A DNA stretch of 64,000 nucleotides, taken from contig DAISYQ010000002.1 in assembly GCA_036825195.1 (NCBI GenBank), positions 37,802 to 101,801 on the forward strand. The letters run 5' to 3'. The stretch's first letter is position 1; every line of letters begins with the position of its first letter. The DNA comes from Syntrophales bacterium. GTDB lineage: Bacteria; Desulfobacterota; Syntrophia; Syntrophales; UBA2210. Below, one piece after another: positions 49,077-59,402 of the stretch. The notes beneath the pieces are model-generated. The model saw only the letters and a list, made by a program, of their open reading frames with translations. It had not been told where the DNA came from and did not search any database. Position numbers and translations under genes: made by a program.

Positions 49077-50786
49077 TTGGAGGAGACACGAAAAAAATTA
49101 GGCGAAATGCTCATGGATGCCGGCCTGTTGACGGAAGAACAGTTAAATCAGGCGCTGGTCGGCCAGAGAAAGACCGGTCTGAAACTCGGGCAGTATCTTG
49201 TCCAGGAGGGCTGGTTCAGGGAAGAGCAGATTATAAGCCAGATCAGCCAACAGCTGAACATTGAACGATATATCCCCGGAAATTATCCGATAGATCAGTC
49301 TCTGGCCCACCTCATTCCCTTCGATATGGCTCAAAAGTATCAGATAGCTCCCATCAGAAAAAGGTTGCATCTCCTCACCCTGGCCATGGCCGATCCAATG
49401 GATATCGGCGCCATCGATTACACCGAGATGCTCACAAACATGGAGGTTATGCCTGTAATCTGCTCTGAGAAGGAGATAAATCAACTGATCACCCTGACCT
49501 ACGGAACACAGGCGGGGGGATTGCAGCAGGTACTGAAGGGCATAGAGGAGGTGGAAACAGAAGAAGAAACGACGGTTCAGGCGGAAACGGATGTCCGCGT
49601 CAGTTCTCTTCAGGGTATGGCCGAGGAGGCCCCCGTTATCCGTATCGTAAATTCCATAATCGCGCAGGCTGTTCGTGAAGGAGCGAGCGATGTACATATC
49701 AGTCCCGAAGCGGACAAGGCCCAATTGCGATTTCGCATTGACGGAAAACTTCGTGAAGTTCCATCGCCTCCGAAATCACTCTTCCTTCCCATCGTATCGA
49801 GGGTAAAGATCCTGTCCAGTATGGATATCGCCGTATCGAGAATTCCTCAGGACGGCCGATTTACAGTCAAGATGGACAATAAGGAGATCAATATCAGGGC
49901 ATCCGTGCTTCCTACCATCTATGGGGAGAACGTGGTAATGCGTCTCCTTGATATGAGTGCCGGGGTTTATACCCTCAAGCAGCTCGGAATGTCTCATGAC
50001 GACCGGGAAAAAATAGAGGCTGCCATCATCAAGCCGTACGGAATGATACTCAGTACGGGACCGACGGGAAGCGGAAAAAGCACGAGTCTGTACGCGATCC
50101 TGCGGGAACTCAATAAACCGGATATCAATATCATTACCCTGGAAGACCCCGTAGAGTACCGGGTGGAACATATACGCCAGGTCCAGTTGAACCGCAAGGC
50201 AGGTATGACCTTTGCCAGCGGTCTCAGATCGATCCTCCGTCAGGACCCCGATGTCATGCTGGTGGGTGAGATCAGAGACGGCGAAACGGCAGGTCTCGCG
50301 GTACAGGCAGCCCTGACAGGCCACAGGGTTTTAAGCACCCTTCACACAAATGATGCGGCGGGTGCCATAACACGGCTTACCGAGATGGGAGTGGAACAGT
50401 TTCTTATATCTTCCGTCCTTCTGGTTTCGTTCGCGCAGCGGCTTATGAGAACGGTGTGCCCCTACTGTAAAGAGCCGTACACGCCTCCCTTGGATGCCCT
50501 AAGGGCATGGGAACTTGACACGGTGGAGGGTGCCAATTTTCAGCGGGGTAGAGGGTGCCCCCAGTGCATGAACACCGGTTATAAAGGGCGGACCGGTATC
50601 TTTGAAGTCCTGCAGATAGACGAATCAATCCAGGAGATGGTTGTCAGGGGAATGACGGCGCAGGAGATTACGCACAAGGCGAAAAGGGCCGGAAGACTCC
50701 GCACCCTCAAGGAAGACGCCAAGGATAAAGTAATCCAGGGCATAACAACACTTGAAGAAGCCGCATCGACCGTGATGCTGGCATAA
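49077..50786 (+). CDS. pilB: MshE/PilB pilus extension ATPase with N-terminal MshEN domain
   Basis: KLGEMLMDAGLLTEEQLNQALVGQ..KLGQYLVQEG; GPTGSGKST; LVGEIRD; CPYC/CPQC; TTG start 49077. Confidence 0.9.
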   Translation: MEETRKKLGEMLMDAGLLTEEQLNQALVGQRKTGLKLGQYLVQEGWFREEQIISQISQQLNIERYIPGNYPIDQSLAHLIPFDMAQKYQIAPIRKRLHLLTLAMADPMDIGAIDYTEMLTNMEVMPVICSEKEINQLITLTYGTQAGGLQQVLKGIEEVETEEETTVQAETDVRVSSLQGMAEEAPVIRIVNSIIAQAVREGASDVHISPEADKAQLRFRIDGKLREVPSPPKSLFLPIVSRVKILSSMDIAVSRIPQDGRFTVKMDNKEINIRASVLPTIYGENVVMRLLDMSAGVYTLKQLGMSHDDREKIEAAIIKPYGMILSTGPTGSGKSTSLYAILRELNKPDINIITLEDPVEYRVEHIRQVQLNRKAGMTFASGLRSILRQDPDVMLVGEIRDGETAGLAVQAALTGHRVLSTLHTNDAAGAITRLTEMGVEQFLISSVLLVSFAQRLMRTVCPYCKEPYTPPLDALRAWELDTVEGANFQRGRGCPQCMNTGYKGRTGIFEVLQIDESIQEMVVRGMTAQEITHKAKRAGRLRTLKEDAKDKVIQGITTLEEAASTVMLA

Positions 50787-50805
50787 ACAGGCAAAGGTAT
50801 CATAC

Positions 50806-52023
50806 ATGCCAACCTTTTCATACAGGGCCATCAATCAGAGCGGCGGCTCCGTTTCAGGTGTCCTCGAGGCAGATTCGGTTGAGGCGGCACAGGTCCGGTT
50901 GAGCGAGCAGGGATTTATCCCGTCCTCAGTGACGGAGGAACGTACTGCATCCGGCGGGTTAATGGGTAAGATACAGGCAGCACTGACGCCCGTCAAAACG
51001 GAAGAGTTGATACTCTTTACGAAACAACTCAAGACCATGCTCGTTGCCGGATTGCCGATACTGAAGGTGCTTGAAGTACTCGAACATCAGACCGAAAATC
51101 CAAAGCTGAAAAGCGCTGTAGCCTCCATGGCCGTTGATATAAAGGAGGGTACTTCCCTGTATGAGGTATTCGGGAAACATAAAGACATATTCTCTCCCCT
51201 CTATATCAGTATGATCAGGGCGGGTGAAACGAGTGGTACACTCCCGTCAGTTCTTGATCGCCTGGTCTATATACTGGATCACGAACATGGTGTGAGGTCG
51301 GATATCAAGGCGGCCATGCAATATCCCATCCTTGTCGTGATCGCCCTTGGCATAGCATTTTTTGTGCTCCTCACTTTCGTTATCCCCAAATTCGTCAATA
51401 TTTTTAACAAGTCAGGCCTAGAACTTCCGCTGCCCACGGCAATCTGCTTGTATATGTACCGGTTTCTGCATGATTACTGGCTCATTCTGTTGGGTGGTGT
51501 TCTTGTTGCTTTTATGGTGCTGCGGTACTGGTTCAAGACCCAACCAGGACGATATGTAAAAGACGCCTTTCTTTTACGAGTACCCCTCATTGGACCTCTC
51601 TTTGTCAAGGCTGCCATGTCCCGTTTCGCGAGCATCTTTTCTATCCTGCAGGCAAGTGGAGTTACCGTCCTGAGTGCCCTCGATATCCTCTCCGGTACCA
51701 TCGGCAACGCCGCCATCAGCAGGGAATTTTCCCGGTTGAAAGAAAAGATAGAAGGAGGGAGAGGGATATCCGGGCCCCTGAGATCGGCGAAATACTTTAC
51801 TCCCATGGTAGTGGACATGATCGCCGTGGGTGAAGAATCAGGTCAGCTTGAAGAGATGCTTCAGGTTGTTTCCATGCATTATGACGACGAAGTGAAATAT
51901 GCCGTCAAGAGGTTATCCGATGCTGTCGGTCCGCTGTTGATCGTTTCTCTCGCGGCAGTAGTCGGCTTTTTCGCCATGGCCATATTCCTCCCCATGTGGG
52001 ATCTCACCAAAATGGTCAAATAG
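50806..52023 (+). CDS. pilC: PilC/MshG/GspF platform protein
   Basis: [39 protein letters not shown]. Confidence 0.92.
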   Translation: MPTFSYRAINQSGGSVSGVLEADSVEAAQVRLSEQGFIPSSVTEERTASGGLMGKIQAALTPVKTEELILFTKQLKTMLVAGLPILKVLEVLEHQTENPKLKSAVASMAVDIKEGTSLYEVFGKHKDIFSPLYISMIRAGETSGTLPSVLDRLVYILDHEHGVRSDIKAAMQYPILVVIALGIAFFVLLTFVIPKFVNIFNKSGLELPLPTAICLYMYRFLHDYWLILLGGVLVAFMVLRYWFKTQPGRYVKDAFLLRVPLIGPLFVKAAMSRFASIFSILQASGVTVLSALDILSGTIGNAAISREFSRLKEKIEGGRGISGPLRSAKYFTPMVVDMIAVGEESGQLEEMLQVVSMHYDDEVKYAVKRLSDAVGPLLIVSLAAVVGFFAMAIFLPMWDLTKMVK

Positions 52024-52043
52024 TAACTGAAACATTAGTAAAG

Positions 52044-53375
52044 ATGCCCCAAACAGAAAAAACTCGCAAAAGGCTTTTCGCGGACGCTTCCCGTTACAGG
52101 ATAAGTCTCTCCATCATCGTCCCCGTTATCTTTTCAGGGATGTCGATCCTCTCATTCATGATCGCCCCGCATACGAGCGGTTCGTACCGTCTTTTAAACG
52201 GCGCCGGGATAGCTATTCTCACTTTCCTGTGCGGTTACCTGGTGGTCCGGCTTATACTCAGGCCGATGAAACAGTTTGTGAAGGAGACGGAGCAGTGGCC
52301 GTCGCTCCGGGATTCTGTTGCCGAAAAGAAGCAGAAGGCCGATGACGACATCCAGCATTACGGACAGGTCCTGCGGCAGGTAACCGACATACTGGGAAAG
52401 GTTGAATCGGAGAAGCTCTTTCCGGAGATGATCGGTCAAAGCACGGTCATACGCGGGGTGTTCAGCCAGATACTGAAGGTCGCCCCAACCGATACAACGG
52501 TCCTTATCATGGGCGAGACCGGCACAGGGAAGGAGTTAGCCGCAACAAGTATTTACCGACACAGCCTTCGAGCGGATCAGCCTTTTGTAACGATCAATTG
52601 CGTTACTATCCCCGCTAATCTTCTTGAAAGTGAGCTGTTTGGGTATGAGAAAGGCGCTTTCACGGGTGCGACCGCGCGGAAGAAGGGCAAGTTTGAACTG
52701 GCCGAAGGCGGAACAATCTTTCTGGACGAGATCGGAGATATGCCCCTTGAGACACAGGCAAAGCTGCTGCGGGTACTTCAGGAAAAGAGCTTCGAACGAC
52801 TCGGCGGCAACCGGCCCATACAGGTGGATGTTCGCTTTATCGCCGCCACAAATAAGGACCTGTCTAAGATGGTCAAGGAGGGAAGCTTCAGGGAAGACCT
52901 GTATTACCGCCTCAATGTATTCCCCATAGTTCTGCCCCCGCTCAGAGAACGGGAAGACATCACGGCGCTGGCCGATTATTTTCTGAAAGGGGCATCCAAG
53001 CCGGTCAAGATCTCACCGGATGCCATGGAACGTCTCAAGGAGTATTCATGGCCCGGTAATGTGAGGGAACTGCAGAGCGCCATAGAGCGAGCCGCCCTGA
53101 TCGCCGAATCGGGCGTTATTGAAACGGAAAACCTCCCGGCAACTATACTGGACAGTGGCGACATGAAGCCTTCCGCCGAATTAAAGGAAGGGGTATCGAT
53201 CGATGATCAGTTACAACGGCTTGAAAAGAGGATGATAATCAGAGCCCTCCTGAGGGCCGACGGTAAACAGATAAAAGCGGCACAGCTTCTCGGAATCAAA
53301 GAGCGCAGTCTCTGGCACCGGATACGGAAATATGAAATAGATGTACCATCGCTGAAAAAACAACAAAATATGTAG
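52044..53375 (+). CDS. Membrane-anchored sigma-54-dependent transcriptional activator (2 TM + AAA+ + Fis-type HTH, no receiver domain)
   Basis: TMs [21 protein letters not shown] and [15 protein letters not shown]; [31 protein letters not shown]. Confidence 0.88.
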   Translation: MPQTEKTRKRLFADASRYRISLSIIVPVIFSGMSILSFMIAPHTSGSYRLLNGAGIAILTFLCGYLVVRLILRPMKQFVKETEQWPSLRDSVAEKKQKADDDIQHYGQVLRQVTDILGKVESEKLFPEMIGQSTVIRGVFSQILKVAPTDTTVLIMGETGTGKELAATSIYRHSLRADQPFVTINCVTIPANLLESELFGYEKGAFTGATARKKGKFELAEGGTIFLDEIGDMPLETQAKLLRVLQEKSFERLGGNRPIQVDVRFIAATNKDLSKMVKEGSFREDLYYRLNVFPIVLPPLREREDITALADYFLKGASKPVKISPDAMERLKEYSWPGNVRELQSAIERAALIAESGVIETENLPATILDSGDMKPSAELKEGVSIDDQLQRLEKRMIIRALLRADGKQIKAAQLLGIKERSLWHRIRKYEIDVPSLKKQQNM

Positions 53376-53645
53376 GAAATTCCCCAATATTTGGAGGAAT
53401 AAACACAGAGCAGTAGGTTTGTCAAGGGATTACAGCACGTTCCGTTTTGTACGCATAAAGTAGTAATTTGAAGAGAGATAATGTTAATTGCCTGTCAAAG
53501 AAAAAGTCAAGTCACTGTTTCCAATTGTTCGAGATAGACTAGTTATTGCAGCTAGTTATGCAATATCATGGAGATAGTCGAATCTCTTTAAAGAGTGTGC
53601 GTTACAGGGAGGAAAGGAAATGGTCGTATAAAAATTAAACAAATA

Positions 53646-53661
53646 TGGCATGAAACATGCT
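53646..53661 (+). promoter_or_regulatory. Sigma-54 (-24/-12) promoter of the major pilin gene
   Basis: TGGCATGAAACATGCT: GG at 53647-53648 and GC at 53659-53660, canonical spacing, 82 nt upstream of ATG. Confidence 0.85.
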
Positions 53662-53742
53662 TATTAGATTGACACAACTTGTTGGATATATTAGAAGTAC
53701 GGGAAAAACTTAAAAAACACAACGGAAAGGGAGGAATACAAA

Positions 53743-54138
53743 ATGAACAAGAAGTTGAGGAATCAAAAGGGTTTTACGTTGATCGAGATCATTGCTGTTC
53801 TGATCATCCTGGGTATCTTGGCGGCGGTAGCTGTTCCTAAATATATCGATTTGCAGGCTGATGCAAAGATAAAGGCAGCATCCGGACAGGTCGCAGAGGT
53901 CAAGGGGACGTTGCAGTCGGGATGGGCCAAGGCGCTCCTGGCGGCTAACGGGGGAGCTGTCACAACTGCTCAAGTAATAGCCAGCGCTAGCTTGGTGGTT
54001 GGTAGTCAAACTCTCGGAACGGCACCTGATGTTTGGACCGTAACCTTGGGAGGGACATCTCCAAATATCACAATTGCTGTGTCACAGCGTGGCTCTGACA
54101 CGGGTTACGCGGCATCAGGTACGTGGGTTCTACCCTGA
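53743..54138 (+). CDS. pilA: Major type IV pilin (MshA/PilA-like)
   Basis: Prepilin cleavage KG|FTLIE, hydrophobic helix, AVPKY; own promoter, GGAGG RBS and terminator. Confidence 0.85.
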   Translation: MNKKLRNQKGFTLIEIIAVLIILGILAAVAVPKYIDLQADAKIKAASGQVAEVKGTLQSGWAKALLAANGGAVTTAQVIASASLVVGSQTLGTAPDVWTVTLGGTSPNITIAVSQRGSDTGYAASGTWVLP

Positions 54139-54170
54139 TAAAATTTAAATACACGCAATTTATTCAGTGG

Positions 54171-54209
54171 ATAGGAGGACACTTTTTGTGGTGTCCTCCT
54201 ATTTTTTTA
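54171..54209 (+). terminator. Intrinsic terminator after major pilin
   Basis: Perfect 12 bp stem ATAGGAGGACAC/GTGTCCTCCTAT followed by a T run. Confidence 0.9.
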
Positions 54210-56294
54210 TGGCATCTGTTTTTGCAGAGAGCAGCGGATGACCTGTAACAGGTGGTGTGGATCAGGGGTATACACCTTGATCGATACATCAGTTACATAT
54301 GAGTTGATGAACTCATTCCACCCCTTTTTTCTTTTCAGGAACATAAGCCTGCCAACTGTTTCATTGAGATCGTCTATGTTTCCCAACGAGTAATAAATCT
54401 CCGCCAAAGCAAGGTTCACTTCTATATCGTGGATGTCATAGGACAGGCACCGTTCCATGTAGGATTGTGCCGCATGATAGTCATCTTGAGATAAATAAGC
54501 GGCACCTATGATTTTATATACCTTTATTATATCTGGCGGATTAATCCGAAGAACTGCCCGGCACTCCTCGATGGCCTCTTGCGCCTTCCCTTGTTTGAGT
54601 AGCGAAAGCCCCAGTACGCTGTGAAGTTCATCGTTATCGGGCCATCGTTCGACGGTATTCCTGAGTGTATTTTCTGCTTCTCCTGGCGAACCCATGCCAA
54701 TGAGGCTCAGTGCAAGGCCCTTCCATGCCGCCGGATTCCCATCCCAGATCGCGAGGGCCTGACGATAAAGATCGGCCGCGACGGAAAAATCCTTGTATCT
54801 GTTTAATCGTATCGTGGCAAGATTATGCCATGTATCGAAATGATTCGATTTATTGAAGTGCATCCCTTTATTTGATGCTTCAATAAATGCCGCCTCAGCT
54901 TTGTCCAGAAGACCCAAGGCAGCATAACTTTTTCCCAAGTGGGTGTATGGCCGAGCCAGTCCGGGGCTTTTTTTTGCGTTATCAGACCATAGAAGAACCG
55001 GATATTCAAACAGGGAATTCCGCATGAAGACGGTGTGACCCTGTGCCGCAAGAAGGAAGGTGAAAACGGCAACCATCGTGAACTGGATCGTTTTTTTATA
55101 AGAAAAGTAATTAGTTACATGCAGCATTAATATAACGATCGGAATAAAGAAAAGCATGGAAGGGATATAGTTCCTGTGTTCGTATATCAATTCAAGCGGG
55201 ATAATTGAACCTTCAATAATGTGGTTCACAAAGAAGAAGAGAACGCAAAAAGAGATAAGTGGTCTTTTTCGGGCGATGCATACGGCAATACCGATGCAGA
55301 TAATTATAAAGATGATGGCCGGAAAGGTGCTCCACGGGTTGAACAATGCGGTTGATATCTCAACATCATGAAGGAGTGTGAGGCGTGATTCCAGCGGATA
55401 TAGAAGGAGCGTTATGTAAAAGATGACGATCCTCGGTTCTGTCAGGAGTCTCTCGGTAAGTGAAAAAGGTCTTTCTTTATACCCGTCCATAATGGATGAC
55501 AAATCGGTGTAGAGAAGGCCGATGATAACAACGAGGAGTAGTACAGGAACGATAATCTTGATGTTTTTATTGATATTATCACGTGTTATGCCCTGAATAA
55601 GCAGCAAGTCGTAAAGCCATGCACATACCGGCAGCATAACGATATTCTCTTTGGTGAGAAAACCGGATGCGGCGGAGATGACACACAGTAAGCCGAAAAG
55701 AATATATTTCCACAATCGATCTGCGGTTCTCACCTTGAGATAGAAATACATGGCCATGATATAGAAGAGCCCTCCCATGCTGGCCATCCGCTGGACGATG
55801 TATGTTACGGCAGTAACCTGCAATGGACTGGTAGCCCAAAAGAATGTGGCCATAAGAGCTATAGCGTACGATGAGGATCCATATTTATCCCGAAGCAACG
55901 GAAGTTTGAGGGTATTGAATATAAAGAGAAACAGAAAGACGGATGACAGATAATGGATAATAAAGTTGACAAGGTGATACCCGAAAACATTCAACTTGTC
56001 GAAGTAGTAATTCAGGGCGAAGCTGAGATATGCCAGGGGGCGGGAGATATAGTCGCTTCCTGGAGCATAAAAGGTTTTTTTGATTTCTGACCAGTCAAGT
56101 GACTTCAGAAATATATGCCTGTTTTCAACGATATTCGTATAATCGTCATAATGCCATTCCCCGTGAAAGCTATTTGAGTAGATGACAATCAGGAATACAA
56201 AGAGGGCGATATATGCAAACGCGTAGTTCCTGCCATCGGGAAAACGCCACCTGATATTCAGATCAAATCCGTTCTCTTTCGTTATCATCGTCAC
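54207..56294 (-). CDS. TMTC-like GT-C glycosyltransferase with C-terminal TPRs
   Basis: First-loop YDDYTNIVEN acidic pair, RPLAYLSFALNY, KENIVMLP, YEHRNYIPS; multiple TMs, then TPRs. Confidence 0.8.
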   Translation of the reverse strand: MTMITKENGFDLNIRWRFPDGRNYAFAYIALFVFLIVIYSNSFHGEWHYDDYTNIVENRHIFLKSLDWSEIKKTFYAPGSDYISRPLAYLSFALNYYFDKLNVFGYHLVNFIIHYLSSVFLFLFIFNTLKLPLLRDKYGSSSYAIALMATFFWATSPLQVTAVTYIVQRMASMGGLFYIMAMYFYLKVRTADRLWKYILFGLLCVISAASGFLTKENIVMLPVCAWLYDLLLIQGITRDNINKNIKIIVPVLLLVVIIGLLYTDLSSIMDGYKERPFSLTERLLTEPRIVIFYITLLLYPLESRLTLLHDVEISTALFNPWSTFPAIIFIIICIGIAVCIARKRPLISFCVLFFFVNHIIEGSIIPLELIYEHRNYIPSMLFFIPIVILMLHVTNYFSYKKTIQFTMVAVFTFLLAAQGHTVFMRNSLFEYPVLLWSDNAKKSPGLARPYTHLGKSYAALGLLDKAEAAFIEASNKGMHFNKSNHFDTWHNLATIRLNRYKDFSVAADLYRQALAIWDGNPAAWKGLALSLIGMGSPGEAENTLRNTVERWPDNDELHSVLGLSLLKQGKAQEAIEECRAVLRINPPDIIKVYKIIGAAYLSQDDYHAAQSYMERCLSYDIHDIEVNLALAEIYYSLGNIDDLNETVGRLMFLKRKKGWNEFINSYVTDVSIKVYTPDPHHLLQVIRCSLQKQMP

Positions 56295-57225
56295 TCCTTC
56301 CTGTATTGTTCGTCAGCTCCCGGGTAAGGATAAAGCTGAAGACCGGTCCCATAGTAAAGATCGGGATCAGGGAAGCTACCCTGATGAGCAGGGACGCCAT
56401 CAGGCCGAGGCTTGTTCCGATGCCGAACATTCCTGACGTCAGGCTGATAATTGCCTCCTGAATTCCGAAATTACTGGGCGTCAGATTCAAGAGGATGGAA
56501 AAGATTGAAAGGAGGCTTATGAGGAAAACCGCTCCGAAAGAGACAGGAAAATCAGCTAACGCCGTAAATGCTATCCAGAAAGAAAGCCCGTTTAATAAAA
56601 TACCTATCAAGGAATATATCACCAGTTTCAAGATCAGAATCCTGTCCGCCTTTATAAGAACCCATCCATCAATTATATTATTGATAACTACAGTGAGGCG
56701 GTTAATCCGTAAAAACCTTACCGGAGGGAGGATAATCACAATTGAAATTATTAATACAACCGCAATTAAAAATGAAATCACCTGTCGATAAAACGTAAAA
56801 TCTTCTCCGAACATTATAACGGTAAGAACACCAACGGCACCGATAGTCCCAAAGTATATCAGGTAGTTTGCCGCAAGAAGTGACGCAAACTGTGTGTAAG
56901 GGAAAGCGTGACGATGTTTCAAATAGGCGGCACGTGCGATCATCCCACCTGAAAAGGGGGACAGGTAATTCCCCATTGTTGTCACGATGGAGAGGCCGAA
57001 CCATTCCTTTGGTTTCAGAAATGTTCCGAACTTGGAGGCAAACTCACGGAGTAACAGCCCATTGATTACCTGAAACAGGATTCTGATTATTATGAGAAAG
57101 ATGATATTCAATAAGCTGACATTTCTAAGAAATCTGAGAGAATAGGGCTGATAATAAATATATGTTGATATTGCCGCAACAACAAGTATTACAACAGCAA
57201 CAGACCATGCGCGACTCTGAATCAT
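56263..57225 (-). CDS. UPF0104/lysylphosphatidylglycerol-synthase TM-domain protein (putative flippase)
   Basis: Polytopic membrane protein; GNYLSPFSGGMIARAAYL and LTPSNFGIQEA motifs. Confidence 0.75.
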   Translation of the reverse strand: MIQSRAWSVAVVILVVAAISTYIYYQPYSLRFLRNVSLLNIIFLIIIRILFQVINGLLLREFASKFGTFLKPKEWFGLSIVTTMGNYLSPFSGGMIARAAYLKHRHAFPYTQFASLLAANYLIYFGTIGAVGVLTVIMFGEDFTFYRQVISFLIAVVLIISIVIILPPVRFLRINRLTVVINNIIDGWVLIKADRILILKLVIYSLIGILLNGLSFWIAFTALADFPVSFGAVFLISLLSIFSILLNLTPSNFGIQEAIISLTSGMFGIGTSLGLMASLLIRVASLIPIFTMGPVFSFILTRELTNNTGRSDDDNERERI

Positions 57226-57379
57226 AGGTAGCCCTTTATACTATAATTATAACGATCTTCTATCCTATACCTTTATAGAATAATATGTTCGATTTCTGCA
57301 TTGTTGAATAACTATCTATGATAGAGGCTATCATGATAAAAATATCAAGACTTACCACAATAACCTGTAAGGAGTGTTT

Positions 57380-58219
57380 TTATTTTGTACAAACACCCAA
57401 CAAATCAATATTATCTTCAACATCATTTTGGGTAATATGGAAATCTTTCAATGTATATTGTTGTAAAAAATTATTTTTATTTTCATTGTTACGGTTTCGG
57501 GCAACAATCTTTTTCAGAAAATCGATAACTTGGGGTTTAAACTGTTCCGGTATTAAATTTCTGACATATAATGGATCAAGGGAATTTATCCTTTTAATCT
57601 GTTCTACTCTTTCTCTCTCAATTTTTTGTATTTCATCATTTCCACGAATTCCCCAAATTGTCACATCGGGAAATGTACCAATTAAGATATCTTTTAATAA
57701 ACTTGCAGAATATTCTCTTACATGAAACCGGTTCCAGGGACGTTGCCCTCGTTTTAATCGATATTCTCTGTTTGGGGTAGTAAGGATAAAGAGAGAGGAT
57801 TGTTTCAATACTCTATGGATCTCTGAAATATACTTTTTATCGTTTTGAATGTGTTCAATTACCTGAAAAGAGATGACTGCATCAAAGGTGTTGGTATCGT
57901 ATGGAATATTAATACCATTGTAGGTTCTGAAAATACAGTTTTCTGAGGCATACTTACTCAAAGCGTGATTAATCGTCTTTATGTCTATATCCAACCCGAT
58001 AATCTTTTTAACATGTTGAGATAACAAATGAGAACCATATCCTTCACCACATCCTACTTCCAATACAAGACTGTCCTTTGGCACCATACTCTTTGCAAAT
58101 TCATAGGCGAACAAATGCCGTAAGTAAAGAAGATAGTCCACACAAGTCTCAATATTTTCGGGGATTATCCGTTCTCCTGTTTTTTTAATACCTTTTCCCA
58201 CATTTTCCTTCGGGCGCAT
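57380..58219 (-). CDS. Class I SAM-dependent methyltransferase of glycan-cluster type
   Basis: TGERIIP, RHLFAYEF, VLEVGCGEGYG, FDAVISFQVIEH, TTPN; very AT-rich. Confidence 0.88.
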   Translation of the reverse strand: MRPKENVGKGIKKTGERIIPENIETCVDYLLYLRHLFAYEFAKSMVPKDSLVLEVGCGEGYGSHLLSQHVKKIIGLDIDIKTINHALSKYASENCIFRTYNGINIPYDTNTFDAVISFQVIEHIQNDKKYISEIHRVLKQSSLFILTTPNREYRLKRGQRPWNRFHVREYSASLLKDILIGTFPDVTIWGIRGNDEIQKIERERVEQIKRINSLDPLYVRNLIPEQFKPQVIDFLKKIVARNRNNENKNNFLQQYTLKDFHITQNDVEDNIDLLGVCTK

Positions 58220-58242
58220 AAAGTGATACTGACACTCCCTAT

Positions 58243-59373
58243 TTATTTTTCACCAGTTGTTTCATATTCGTCGGATAAATCGTATTTTCTGAATAGAGCA
58301 GAAAGGATTCCTTCTATACAAGCAATCGAAAAAATCTTTCTGTACAGGTCCAGTCCCTTATTTCCTATAACAGGCAATTTATCCTGATTCTCAAAACACC
58401 AGAGGATTGCTCCTGCAAGATCCCTTTCGTTTCCCTGCGAAACCAACAGGCAATTATCCTTATCTATGAAACCATAATCATGCTCGATCTTACCCACTAT
58501 TACGGTTTTGCCCATAGCTAAAGATTGAAAGGTTTTTCCGGTGACAACACGACACGCCTGACCAGTGTTACCAAAGGGGCCTCCCAGGCAAACATCCGCT
58601 TGGTGTATCACATCTGGAAGTTGTTCAAAAGGAACCCATTTTTTATGGATAATATTATTGAGACCTAATCTTTTCTTCATTGCGTTAAAATTTCTAAGGG
58701 CTTTACCGTCTCCTCCGATAATGGTAAAGCATATTGGCTTATCTTGTAATAAATATGCAACTGTCAGAATAATGTTTATGCCGTGAAGCGGAAGGAATGA
58801 ACCGTAAAAGAGGACATTTAAAAGATCCTTCTTTTGGACTTCATTACCTGAAGGAATCATTTTAAACAAATCCTCGTCAGTTCCTACATGAACCGCATAG
58901 ATTTTTTTTTCCTCCTTTTTGAACAGGTTTGAGAAAAACTTCCTATGAATAACCGTATCAGTCAGTACTATGTCTGAGTATTTCAGAATTGATTTTTCAT
59001 AGTAATATATTAATCTTTCGATAAATCTACCCTTTTTGAACAGTTTCTTTTCACTAATCAAACTGTCGTATGGAGACATCATATGATCAAGAATGAGCGG
59101 TTTCCCGATGGTCAATATTCGCACAATCCAGAATATTTCATAACCACGGAATCCTAGAATATAATAATCGGGTTTCTTTGTGCTTCTGATTGCAAACAAC
59201 CTGGATATTGTTTGTATATAGCGAAAGATTCCTTTTGTAGTATTGACAGCTTCAAACAGTACTACATTGTCCATTCTTTTCAGTGCGCAGGTGAGAGTTT
59301 TTGTTCTGACATAATTGGGACACCGATATGATAAGATATAACATACCTTTGTTTTTTTGTTTTTATTACGCAT
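58243..59373 (-). CDS. GT4-family glycosyltransferase
   Basis: FYGSFLPLHG, ADVCLGGPFG, KTFQSLAMGK; AT-rich. Confidence 0.85.
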   Translation of the reverse strand: MRNKNKKTKVCYILSYRCPNYVRTKTLTCALKRMDNVVLFEAVNTTKGIFRYIQTISRLFAIRSTKKPDYYILGFRGYEIFWIVRILTIGKPLILDHMMSPYDSLISEKKLFKKGRFIERLIYYYEKSILKYSDIVLTDTVIHRKFFSNLFKKEEKKIYAVHVGTDEDLFKMIPSGNEVQKKDLLNVLFYGSFLPLHGINIILTVAYLLQDKPICFTIIGGDGKALRNFNAMKKRLGLNNIIHKKWVPFEQLPDVIHQADVCLGGPFGNTGQACRVVTGKTFQSLAMGKTVIVGKIEHDYGFIDKDNCLLVSQGNERDLAGAILWCFENQDKLPVIGNKGLDLYRKIFSIACIEGILSALFRKYDLSDEYETTGEK

Positions 59374-59402
59374 CCTCTTTCGCCATGATTATGACAGGTT
59401 TG

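Noticed and set aside
53743-54138. Electrically conductive (e-)pilin
   Set aside because: Only 6 aromatic residues in 121 mature residues (about 5%), with long aromatic-free gaps; Y27 and Y32 equivalents absent
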